Shown here: in pieces, positions 37,011 to 48,653 of the stretch
Layout: each line of letters opens with the position of its first letter
How positions within the stretch are numbered: the first letter of the stretch is position 1
DNA from: Felis catus
Taxonomy: Eukaryota
Assembly: GCF_018350175.1 (NCBI RefSeq)
Contig: NC_058368.1
Location: 210,738,001 to 210,802,000 of the forward strand
Length of the DNA: 64,000 nucleotides
Reading direction: 5' to 3'
The notes under the pieces: generated by a model
The model's input: the letters and a program-made list of their open reading frames with translations, nothing else
Databases searched by the model: none
Told to the model about the DNA's origin: nothing
Translations under genes and position numbers: made by a program

Positions 37011-37412
37011 ATACACTAATAAAAAAATGAGTTTCAGAAAGAAATGGGTTTTTTCAGTGCACAAAAATATAAATTCTATAAATAGATCTAAGTATATGCA
37101 GGAATTCAGTACTTAATAAGATTTATATTTCATAGTAGCAGAGAAGTACATTATTTCATAACAGGTACTGAAATAACTGGCCACATATTTGAAAATAATA
37201 AAGTTGGATAGCCTTATATTTTTTCATGAAAATAGATTCTGAAACCAAGAAATCATGAAGGCACCAAAATCTGGATGAATATTTACATGTTCCATGATGG
37301 TCTTTCTAAGCATGAAAGCCAGAAAAGAAAAGGCTGATAAATTTGGTTATATAAAAATAAAATATTCTACACATCTGCACTCCATAAACATACTTACACA
37401 AATTAAAAAAAA

Positions 37413-37853
37413 ATTTTTAAATTTTGTTTTAATGTTTTGTTTATTTTTGAGAGAGGGAGAGACTGAGCATGAACAGGGGAGGGTCAGAGAGAGGGAGACA
37501 CAGAATCTCAAACAGGCTCCAGGCCCTGAGCTGTCAGCACAGAGCCCGACGTGGGGCTCGAACTCACGGACCGCGAGATCATGACCTGAGCCGAAGTCGG
37601 CTGCTTAACCGACTGAGCCACACAGGCGCCCCTAAAAATTTTTTAATGCTTATTTATTTTTAAGAGAGACACAGAGTGTGAGTGGTGGGTGGGCAGAGAG
37701 AGAGAGAGAGAGAGGGAGACACAGAATCCAAAGCAGGCTCCAGGCTCCGAGCTATCAGCACAGGGCCTGAGGCGGGGCTTGAACCCATGAACCATGAGCT
37801 CATGACCTGAACCCAAGCTGGACACTTAACCAACTGAGCCACTCAGGCGCCCC
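37413..37853 (-). mobile_element. Two tandem CanSINEs (37413-37632 and 37639-37853)
   Basis: Two ...caggcgcccc ends; flanked by the repeat tacttacaca(c)aatt. Confidence 0.9.
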
Positions 37854-37888
37854 TACTTACACACAATTGAAAAGTAAAAAACAAAAGG

Positions 37889-37983
37889 AAAGTGATATAT
37901 ATATCACTTTATATATATATATATCACTTTATATATATATATATATATATATAACTTTATATATATATATACATATATATATA
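37889..37983. repeat. (TA)n array with an embedded palindrome
   Basis: aaagtgatatatatatcacttt followed by TA runs. Confidence 0.9.
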
Positions 37984-38743
37984 TTTCACAAAGGCTTAAG
38001 AGTCTAGTTTATAAAAAGCTGTATGTAATAAGATAAAAAATATCCCAACAGAAAAAAAAGGCACAAAGAATATGAACAGTCAATACTCAAAATAGAATAA
38101 AATGGCCGATGAGTTTTTGAAGAAATGTTCAAATTCAAAAAAATAAAGATATCCAAAATAAAACAATGATCGTATTTTGCCTAACATAAAAAGATTAGTC
38201 ATACTTTTCATTCAGTGCTGGTGGGAGAGTAAATTAGTGCATTGCTTTATTGTATTTTCTAAAGCTGTCCAAAGTCGCTTTACTATCACCACAATAATAA
38301 AAATTATTAAGACATAAAAACAGATAAGAATTAGGATTTAGTTTAAATACAAATCACTGAAGAATTAGGTAAGATAGTATTTTTCTGAAGTCACTTGAAG
38401 ATCTTAAAAAGATCTGTAGTGCATATAAACAAATTTAGGAACATAAGTAGTTAACAATTTCATTATATAAATATTCCATCCACAATCTACCAGAAACAAA
38501 GGGTAGAAATATAAGACATAGAAATACATGATATATTTTATTATTTGGAATTAGTACATATAACCTATTTATCTAACTATTCAAACTTCAAAACACTCTG
38601 ATGTACTGTTTCAGTGGTGCAGAACATTACGAATTCAAGATGTATCAGCTTATCAGCCTTTTTAAAAAAATGATGCAAGTTTTCTCCAAATCTTATTAAA
38701 GATGATCAGTTTTATTAGCACTTTTTAAAATATACCACTTGCA

Positions 38744-38930
38744 GGGGCACCTGGGTGATTCAGTTGTTTAAGGGTCCAACTCTTGATTTCTGCTCAGGTC
38801 ATGATCTCACTGTTGTGGGATTAAGCCCCTCATCAGGCTCTGTGCTGAGTGTGAAACCTGCTTAGGATTCTCATTCTTTCTCCCCCTCTCCCTCTACCCT
38901 TCTCCCTCGCTCTCACACTCACTCTCTAAA
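38744..38930 (+). mobile_element. CanSINE (older)
   Basis: ggggcacctgggtg head. Confidence 0.85.
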
Positions 38931-39107
38931 ATCAATCAATTAATCACTTGCCCTAAATCAACTTGCCCCAATTAATCTTAACTTAGTCTTCTTAGTCCAA
39001 ATAATTGGGCTAGAAAAAATGAGCAATATTCACTGGGGGGGAAAATGAGCTTCTTCAACAGCATATGCTCTCATAAAAACCAGAGAGAGAACAAAAACAA
39101 AAGACAC

Positions 39108-39308
39108 TGGGGCTCCTGGGTGACTCAGTTGGTTAATCATCCAACTCTTGATTTCCGCTCAGGTCGTGGTTGCACAGATCATGGAATCGAGCTCCATGTC
39201 GGGCTCTGAACTGACAATGCAAAGCCTGCTTAGGATCCTATCTCTCTCTCTCTCTCTTTGCCTCTCTGTCTCTCTCCTTCTCAAAATAAATAAATACACT
39301 TAAAAAAA
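39108..39308 (+). mobile_element. CanSINE (older)
   Basis: ggggctcctgggtgactcag head. Confidence 0.85.
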
Positions 39309-40122
39309 TGAAACAGATTTTCATTAAAAAAAAGAAAAAAGAGTTCAATGTGTTTTTTCACAAAACAGAGCCAATTTTTCAACTTCGGCTAATCTGAATT
39401 TTCTTTCTTCTTTTTTTTTTTTTTTTTTTGAGGAGGAAGGTGTTTCCTCTGACTACACGTCAGGATATTTATCTTTATATTTGTATACTTACACTAATAT
39501 ATATTTTGTATGACATGGCATAAATATTTATATATGCTAGGTCATATACAAATTTAAACATGCTTTTATATATGCTATCTCATATATTATTAAACACATG
39601 CCTTTGTTGTTGCATTTTTTAATCAGTATTCTTTTCATATCTATCCAATATCTGACAAAAAATGCTTGCTCAGAATATAAGCTGACAGATTTCATAAATG
39701 CTATACATGGCTTGCTTGGTTTGGGGATAGAATTTCTGTTATGACAACATTCTGAGATAAGGAAATGCTTTTTGAAACAAATAAACAAAAATCCCCCACA
39801 GTATTCACAATAGGTTTTCCTTTAAAAATGGTGGAATTTATTACTATCTCAATATAATCATATCTGTTACTTCTAAACAAACTATCCTTTATTTGTAAAA
39901 TTTACTTTTTTTTTAGTTTTTCTAATAATTCTGTACACAGTAATTATATGCATTATTCAAAATTAGCTAAACACTGAATTGCTTTTCATAATCATTGAAT
40001 TGGAATTTATTGCTTGCTTCTGCTTTCATTCATTGGAATCACTTATACTTCTAATTAGATGTGATAATTATTTTATGTAATGTGGCCAGTCAGAAGTAAA
40101 CCAAATTAATAAATAAACCAGA

Positions 40123-40340
40123 GGGGCGTCTGGGTGGCTAGGTGGGTTGAATGTCCGACTTCGGTTCAGGTCATGATCTCACGGTTCATGAGTTGGAGCC
40201 CCCCTCCAGGCTCTTGCTGACAGCTCAGAGACTGGAGCCTGCTTTGGATTCTGTGGCTCCCTCTCTCTCTGTCCATCCCCCGCTCATGCTTTGTCTCTGT
40301 CTCTCTCAAAACTAAACATTAACAAAAAAATTTAAAAAAA
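40123..40340 (+). mobile_element. CanSINE
   Basis: ggggcgtctgggtggct head. Confidence 0.88.
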
Positions 40341-41422
40341 CAGAAATTACATTACTTTAAGATAAAAAGGCTTTAAGTCCAAGGCCAATTTTAGGTGGAA
40401 AGTTTCTAACGTTCTAATGATTTTGTGCAGTGCATTTAATCTGTCCTAAAGGAACCAGTCTGGGACTGAAATCAGATGACCTGGATCCCCAGAATAGTTC
40501 TGCTACTTACTTGTTTTGTACTCTTGACAACTGCCTCATCTTTGTGTGATAGTATCTATCTCACACAGTTGCTGTAAAGATTGAATGAAATTCTTAGGTG
40601 AGTAGTCTATGTCACCGTGCAGTTTCAAAACTTAACTAAGAAGTTCTCAGGCTCCTGCTGGAGGCACATAACAGGAAGTTTCTGCCCAATGGGAGAAATT
40701 ACATGCCGCTTGCACCCCAACCGGAGAGGTGTGCTTCCTCACAAAGGGATCAGAATAAAGCCCTGTTCCATTGCTGAATTAGTTGTAGAATGTGGCCCAA
40801 CACAATGGGATAGAATGTTCACCATGCAGAGACCTGAATGCTTAGGTTAGGAAAAGGTCTGAAGCTTGACCCATGGAGGTAAGGGGCTCAAGGATTTGGT
40901 GGAACTCATTTTGAAGACTCATCTTAAAAATACAGTTGATAAAATTTTTAAGTAAAGACCAAAGATAAAGGGTAAGTCAAACTAACCATCTCAGGTTAGA
41001 ACAAGAACATGATGAGTGAAGAGGAGGTCAGAAGAACTGGAAAAAGGGAAACTCAGACCAGAATGAAGATTACTAGTTTAACGACAATGAGCTAAAGAGA
41101 TTTTCTAGTTCGTTAGTGAAGAGGAGCTAGATTTTTTTTTTTTTACCATATCCCTATTTCACGTGGTTTGTTTTATATAATTATGTTAACTATGTAATAA
41201 AATTTTATCAGAGAAAAATTATATAATAAAATGTATAATTCTTACTCCTTTGGGTATTATTATGAATAGATATCTGACAATTAGTTTCAAGACTCAGCCC
41301 AGCGTGGGCAATGCCAGGTAAGTATCACCTGGTACAAAGTATTGTTTTAAGGAGACACTTTTCCTATGTAGATGTGTTCCATGATTCTAGCACTTGATTA
41401 ATGGAAACTGTCATATGTATGT

Positions 41423-41424
<2 letters not shown>

Positions 41425-41460
<36 letters not shown>

Positions 41461-41520
41461 CTTATCATATATATATATACATATATATATATCATATATA
41501 TATCTTATATATCTTATCTA
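41425..41520. repeat. (GT)n plus degenerate (TA)n compound microsatellite
   Basis: Directly visible. Confidence 0.9.
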
Positions 41521-42959
41521 CCTATACACAGAGACCATGAAATTACAACAGAAGTAAATAGCCCCTGCCCTTGGTCGAAAGTCACAACCTATTTACCAGC
41601 ATTGGTTTCATTAACTGATCAACATTGACCTTTTCAGAGACTGCATTCTGAATCCCTGGGACCACACTATCCACTTATTGTTCCTATCTTCATAAGTGAC
41701 ATGGACCTAACACTGCTTTCCAGCCTGGATCCCCACTCACACTCACATGGTTGTCTGTATCACGTTGTAGGTACCTCATGGTTTCCTAGACTTCTGATTC
41801 TGGTTACCTCCAGTCTGTCATATCTTTGTTTCCTATGCCTTGATGTGTCATTATTTTTCATCCCCATTGTTAACCATGGCTAAAAGCAACATGAGCATTT
41901 ACAGACAGCATCTGCTCAGTATCAGTGTGCTTGAATGTAGGCTGAAGTGTACATTTCAAGGGCAAGCTTGAGATCTTCCATGTGTTCCATTCATGAGATT
42001 CCCTCCTTGACTGTCACATTGTCCAAATGGTTAAATGATGATGCTGGTAGAGCTGCATGGTTTTCTCAGCAAATTGTTTACTTCTGTTCACATGATCACC
42101 CTTGGACTAAAGCAAAAGCACCTCATTCTCATGTCTTGCCACTTCCAAAGATCCAAGTTAGGAATAGAGCTTCCTTATCTATGCTTTTAAAAGGGGGCAG
42201 ACATGGTTTGCTTTGATCAACTTAGATAACTAGAATCTGGGCCTTGGGAGGTATTCATCAATCGTAAAATCTGAGTGCCTCTAGCACAACATTCAACAAA
42301 CAACACTGGATTATGCCAGTGATATTTACTAGTGACATCCAATTGTGGCATTTGTAGAGTGGCGGTCCTAGTCTGAAAGCACACACAATGACCTCCCCAG
42401 TGTTTGTTTTCACAGATTATTGGAAGTCACCAACATCTGTTTGGCCTGAGGTGCCCCAGATCCTAGTTTAGTAGGCTCTAAGTGTCTTGCAATTCAATTA
42501 CTGATGCCTTCAAAAAACAAGACAAATGCCTTTTCTCCTAAGAGAGAGAAAGAACTTCTTAGGGAATACAACACTTACAGTGTTTCTGACACCTGCTAGT
42601 GTCCTTGGGTTTTCCTGAAATGCAATCTTTTAATCTATATATAATAAAACACATCAACAGACAGACTATCTTGGTACAGTGGCCAAAGGACTTAAGGTAG
42701 AAGCTTCTAATAAACTGACTTCAAGAAACACCACAGGTAGTAACTCCGCAAAATGAGGCTATGCACCTTTCAGAGTATAGCTGATGCACCACAACATCAT
42801 CATACAGACATTCGAGCTGCCTTAATCTTGCATCTACTATGGCTGGCTTTCTTGCACCACTCTGCAAGAAGTGAGGAAGAGACGACAATCTGTGATACCT
42901 GAAATGATTTTACTCATACTGAAACTCACCCCTTCCATTGGGTCCCCAATAACCTCCTG

Positions 42960-43160
42960 TGCTTATCTACACTTATTATACTCTGGAATGTTTTCTCTCA
43001 TCTCCACTGAACTGTGAGCACCAGAGGGGAAGATCTCTATCTTGATCAACTTTACATCCCCAATAGAACAGTGCCTTCACGTAATAAGTAGTAATATTTA
43101 TTGGCTGAATTAATGAGTCAATCAATCAGTAGTATAGGCTGAATATATATGAACTGAATA
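42960..43160 (+). mobile_element. L2 3' end inserted in the Gypsy-like fossil
   Basis: ccactgaactgtgagcac...acagtgcct...aatatttattggctgaatt. Confidence 0.5.
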
Positions 43161-45102
43161 AATGAGTGAATACATGGATATTAAGTTTTAGTAATTCTGA
43201 TTAAGTACAAAGATGACTTAAACACAACACAACCCAAAATCTAGGAACGAGATCAGAAAGTGTCATCCTCACAGACAGAAGTTAGCAAGAATCCACACAC
43301 CATGTATGAATTTAGCTAATCCTGGAAGCATTTCTAGAAGTAATGGCTGGCAGTATGATTTTGAGTGAGTCTCTCCATTAAATCATGGCATTCTTTTTTT
43401 ACACAGCACACAACACTCAAATTTAAATAACTTATAAATTTGGGACTTTGGAAGAAGCTCTGTCAGAGATTTATCAGGGCCCTGGAGTAGGTAAAAGCAG
43501 CCTGTGTAAATGGGTAGGTAAGAGCTGCTCTATGGCTAACTGCTTGTGACCTGGTTAATTTCATATCACTAACTGGATATTTATCGTGGGTCTGCTAAAT
43601 TACGTTGACCCAACCATGTACCCCTGCCAGGCAGAAAATAAAAAAAGGTGTAGGCAACTGCCTACTGCATCCTTACTTTGTTTCCAGGCCTTTAAGCTGA
43701 GTCCTGTTCTGTTCCATTTCTGTCTAGCTTCCAGCTTGCCACCCTTGTTTTCACTTTCTAGTCTGGTTTTCACCCAATCTCAGCTTTGATCACTGGCGTA
43801 TTCAAAGGACTTGGCTTGAGCCTACGCTGCCTCTTCCTGTTTTCAGCTACTTCAGGTAAATTTCTCCTGACCATCTTAGTTCTCGCTCTAAGAATTCAAC
43901 CCCTGGCACCGGCTCTCCTGGCTAACCTCCTGTCTGGATCTGTCCTATCTCTGACCAAAGAGAATCAGACTTCAGAGAAGCACATTTACTACTATGGCAG
44001 CATGGAAAGTCAAGTGGCTATATTCCAGTTACTGTGCTTGGGAAATTTGGCACTCAGCAAAAAAGCCATAATCCACAGGAAAGTACTAAGGCAAAACTTT
44101 GTAGCTTTCAAAGGCTCTGTTTTTTGTCTCCCCTTCCTAAGCTTTCTCTCCTCCAACCCACCCCCAAAATCCTGAGGGAATCTAGAGGAACTGCCTAAAT
44201 TTGTAATTTACATTAAAATATTCCTGACAATGAGCCAGAAGTCTCAGGAGAAACAGAAAGGGTAGTTGGATATCTTGTCTGATGGGGAGTTCTGCTCACG
44301 CAACCTGGTAGCACTATAGGGTTTCTTGACTACTGTCTGGTATTTGTTTGATAGCCAGGTTCCAATAGATAGGATTGATTCTGCCTTATACTGCTTTTGA
44401 CAAGGAGGAAGAGAGGACATAGCAGTTGGCTGATGTGCAACTGAATTCTGGCTTCTCATCCAGGAGCTGTCATGGAATGGGCTCTACCTAGGGGCCCAGA
44501 TTAAAGGTCTCAAAACAAGTTGAAAAGATGACCTTAGTGAGCTTGGCAGCTTTCTAAGTCACCTGACTTCCAGTCAGGTCTGAGGATTACTGGCTTCCTG
44601 ACCATATCTTCTTGTCAAAACATCTGGCCTTCAGATTCCAGAGAAGCCAGGGAGGTGAGAATGTATACCTCACACTGACTTTGGCAGGGTGGATGCACCT
44701 CCAGAGAGAAGGTACGCCTCCACCCCGCTCTGTGCTGGAGTGCTCAGCCTGGGCCACACCATTATCTACCACCAGGAAATACAAATATGGCTCATGGTAA
44801 CAAGGGAACGGAAGAAGTTAACTCTACTTCCCCTGCCATGCTGAGCTAAAGAATGTTCTCACCAGAAGCAGAACTGAGAGTAGTCAATGCCTATCTATCA
44901 ACCAATCTCACGGTTAATTCCAATTCATCAGGCTATCTGAAGAACTGGTCTTAATCAAATAATGGCTTTCAGTCAGAAATCTGATCATTTCTGTCCCAGC
45001 AGTAGCCTTCCCCAATCTGTCCTGATCTGTTATTATGGGAACAGGTGTGTTTAATTCTAGTCTTTCACAAAAGACAACCTAGGGCAACAGACCTTGTACT
45101 TC

Positions 45103-45335
45103 TTTTTTTTTTTTTTTTAAGTTTATTTATTTTGAGAGAGAGAGAGAGAGAGAGAGCAAGAGAGAGCACAAGTAGGGGAGGGGCACAGAGAGAGGGGGAG
45201 AGAGCGAGAATCCCAAGCAGGCTCCACACTGCACTGTCAGTGATGACCCCATTGCGGGGCTCAAACTCACAAACTGCAAGGTCATGACCTAAGCCAAAGT
45301 CAGATGCTTAATTGACTGAACCACCCAGGCGCCCC
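45103..45335 (-). mobile_element. CanSINE inserted in the Gypsy-like integrase region
   Basis: TSD accttgtactt on both sides. Confidence 0.9.
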
Positions 45336-48060
45336 AACCTTGTACTTATTTTTAGAGGGAAATTCAAATTGGTCATGGTCAATTACCTAGCATGTGATGA
45401 AGGTCACTGTCAAAGCTTATAGGCCCACACTGAAGGGAGCCTGGTACCTCAATATGCAATCCACCCATTCCAGCTGATAACAATTCTAGAAGTTCGGAAC
45501 GCTCAGCACTTGCAAACAGTGACAGAGGCTTCTTTTCATAAAACTTTGAACTCCAATTACTTACTTATGTATTAGGCAGCCAGAATCATTGGACTGATAC
45601 TTTGTCCTGTCGGTTTGATTAGTAGGGGTAACTGAGACTAAGTCATTCTGAGACATCCTCTATTCTAAAAACTTACATTTCAGTGCTGCTGAAATTGAGT
45701 GACAAATCAAATGTAAACAACAGACAGGGGCTTCTACTTAGCATTCTGTTTTCAGACACATTCAAAGTGACTCACTGAGGGCATCAGTGGAAGGGTAGCT
45801 AATTTACCACAAAATGGAAGGTTCCTAGTCCTGGCTCCATTCTCTGCTCTGGCAAGTCACCATGGCGCTTCCAAGGTTTTAAACATGGCACACTGGGAAT
45901 TACAGTAGCTGTGTGTCTAGCCCAATGTTTTTCAAAGCACAGTTTCCTGGAGCTAAAAAACATGGAGACTCTAAGGCTTGCATTTCACCTGACCTCAAAT
46001 GCCCTTAAGACAGTATCACACTGGACTTTATATCAGAGAGATCCACTGTACCAGGAACATAAAACAATTCTGGTGGTGGTAGCTGTCCTTATAAAAACAG
46101 TAAAGTTCATTCCTTAGTTTCTCAAACCATGTTCTGTTCATCAGGGAGGTGGTGGTCTCCCTCAAGGTCGCTTCTGCACTAATTTCTATGGTCTTGGTGC
46201 TCAAGTAACTTTTCCAGAAGCTTATACATTTGAATTCACCTATCTGCTGCCATTGCCCAGCTAGGGAAAGTCTGACAGACTGGTTGGAATTTCTCTAATA
46301 TCACAAAGTGTATAGACACTATGACTTGGTCTACATATCTAGCCATTGAAAAATTCACATAGAAGTTTTCCACACAGAGTGCCCTCTCCCATAGTAATGA
46401 CTACTGTGTTCTTTTTTCTTTGTTTCACTGCTTAGGTTGATGGCTTAAAGAGGTATACACTACCCAAAAAAAGCTTAGAGGTGACTGCCCAATTTAAGAA
46501 AGACTACTGTTAGTTCAGTGTGCCCAAAGAATATGACTGACAGGTCCTGGGCACTGGGTAGGAGAGGTGGGGTGGGAGGGTCTTCCAGGTGAGAGGGTTT
46601 CTGGTACTCAGCCCAATACTTCTGCCCTACAGCAAAATTCAGACCTTCTTGGATCCATTTAAGTTTCTTGAGATTAACAACCCCATGTGTTCTTGTTATA
46701 TCTAGCTAACAAGATATAGTTTTAGAGTTCAGATCTTCAAAGCCTGCTCTAAAATACTAGGTGGGCAGTATGAGTAACTAATTGAAGATAAGCTGGCCTT
46801 GACGCATAGAAATTGTCTCCTATCATTGTCAAAGTAGGTAGAGAATGAACCAGAAAATCAGAGGTAGGCAGCCAAGGGAGACCTGACCACCTTTTGTCTT
46901 GCCTGATCCCAGATGAGAGGGAGCCTGGAAGAGGACTGGCTTCTCCCTAATCTACACAATCATGAACAAATGAAAATGGGTGGTGGACATTCACTTTACT
47001 TTTATTCATGTCAGCCATTCAAAACTCTTCTCCCTTGGCTATATCCTTCTCACCTCTCATTCTATCTGGGTATCAATCATTTGGCTTTGTAAATGATTTC
47101 GCAGTTCTAGTCTAATGCCTTGAACTTGATACCTTAATTCAACCACTCCTACCATGGTTCTCTAATGAACCGAGGTTGTCACCAATTCTAGTAATTTGAA
47201 GTGAAATACCCTTCCCATGACCCAAGGTCTCCATCCATTCCCTCTCACCCCACAGACAGAAGTCCCAAACCTCTGCCAAACCTACTCCAGCCTCTGAAAT
47301 CCTTGACCACAGAAGTTAGAAGACAGCCTTGTTTTTTGGCAACTACAGGCCTTGGGCAATGATGGATCCTTTTTGAAAACCAATACATTGACATTCTACT
47401 TTGTAAGCATCACTATGCCTGACTACAGGAATCACTGTTCTAGGGCACATTGGTGACTTCACCAAGACAGAGCCACACAATGAGGTCTAGTCTGAAAAAA
47501 AATCCAGCCGGGTAGCCTTACTATTACAGGAGAGATTTAGGGGGTTAGAGGCAAAACTTGAAGCAAATGGGGAGAAGAAACTGGAGCTATGAAATGTATG
47601 ACATAGAACCTAAACTAGAATGATAGAATATTCCTTTCAGCACAAAACTTCTTTCCTATCTCCTGTTTGGATGTTGATCATAATTCTTGTCACTTATCCT
47701 GGGAAGTATTTGTATTTTAACAGATACGTCTGAAGTCTTAATCCAAAAGAGTGATAATGTGGGGCATCGGGTAAAATGGCAGGCAGAATTTTTAAAGTAG
47801 AATGCCTAACAGAACATCTTAACTGAGACCATGAAAGTAACGGCTTACTATACCTACTTAAACGGAAGCTACATTCCTGCATATCTGGAAACAAAATATA
47901 AACATATTTTCATAGTCAAAAGACAAGGTATTAAGACTTCTCTCTCAGCAGGGGACAAAAAGCAATAAAACAACTAATTTCATTTCACATTAGGGTTCCT
48001 ATACTTGACTGGTAAGTCTGCACTTTGAGAAATTTTATAAGTGTCCTGAATAAACATGTA

Positions 48061-48397
48061 TGTTATGGACTAAATTGTGCCCCTCCACCCACTGTGATGG
48101 TATTTGGAGGTGAGGCTTTGGGGAGGTAATTAGGTTTAGAAAAATTTATGAGGGTGGGGCCCCCATGATGGGATTAGTGTCCTGTTAAGAGGAAGAAGAC
48201 AGACCAGAGTTCTCCCTCTCTGTTCATGTTAAGGACATAGCAAGGTGGCCATCAGTTAGTCAAGAAGACAGTCCTTACCAAGGAACTGAATCAGCTGGCA
48301 CCCTACACTTGGACTTAGCAGAACTGTGAGAAATAAATTGCTGTTGTTTAATCCATCCAGTCTACAGTATTTTCTTATGGCAGCCTGAGCTAATACA
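48061..48397 (+). mobile_element. MaLR MLT1-type solo LTR
   Basis: tgttatggactaaattgtg...gcagcctgagctaataca, typical MLT1 ends. Confidence 0.8.
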
Positions 48398-48448
48398 ACA
48401 TATACCTTTTAAATAAATAAAGATAATAATATTATTATTATTTGATCT

Positions 48449-48653
48449 GGGGTGCCTGAGTGGCTCAGTCGGCTGAGCATCAGACTCTTGATTTCAGCTC
48501 AGGTCATGATCCCAAGGTTCATGGAATTGAGCCCTGTGTCGAGTTCTGTGCTGACAGCACAGAGCCTCCTTGGGATTCTCTCCTCTCCCTCTGCCCCTCC
48601 CCTGCACACATTCTCTCTCCCTCTCTCTCAATAAATAAATAAACTTAAAAAAA
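48449..48653 (+). mobile_element. CanSINE (older)
   Basis: ggggtgcctgagtggctcag head. Confidence 0.88.

Larger units (their letters stand above)
35010..38250 (+). mobile_element. Very old L1 remnants interrupted by several SINEs
   Basis: A-rich L1-like phrases (ctggaaggtctagccaatgcaa; ggcacaaagaatatgaacag; gtgctggtgggagagtaaattagt). Confidence 0.5.
41500..45800 (+). mobile_element. Highly decayed Ty3/Gypsy-like LTR retrotransposon pol fossil (RT, RNase H, integrase); boundaries approximate
   Basis: Colinear degenerate motifs: YFC..D...PLPKI (ORF 41947-42216), TLDYAS 42303, LFGL/GAP 42437, YLGTV 42667, ELL 43522, NHVPL 43612, H....KHLAF 44603, LWEQV 45033, GNR ~45077, FG/SDRG/NFE 45493-45562. 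Confidence 0.6.

Noticed and set aside
44790-44801. Partial RFX X-box (catggtaac), tempting for a ciliary gene
   Set aside because: Only a half-site, inside a transposon fossil; expected by chance
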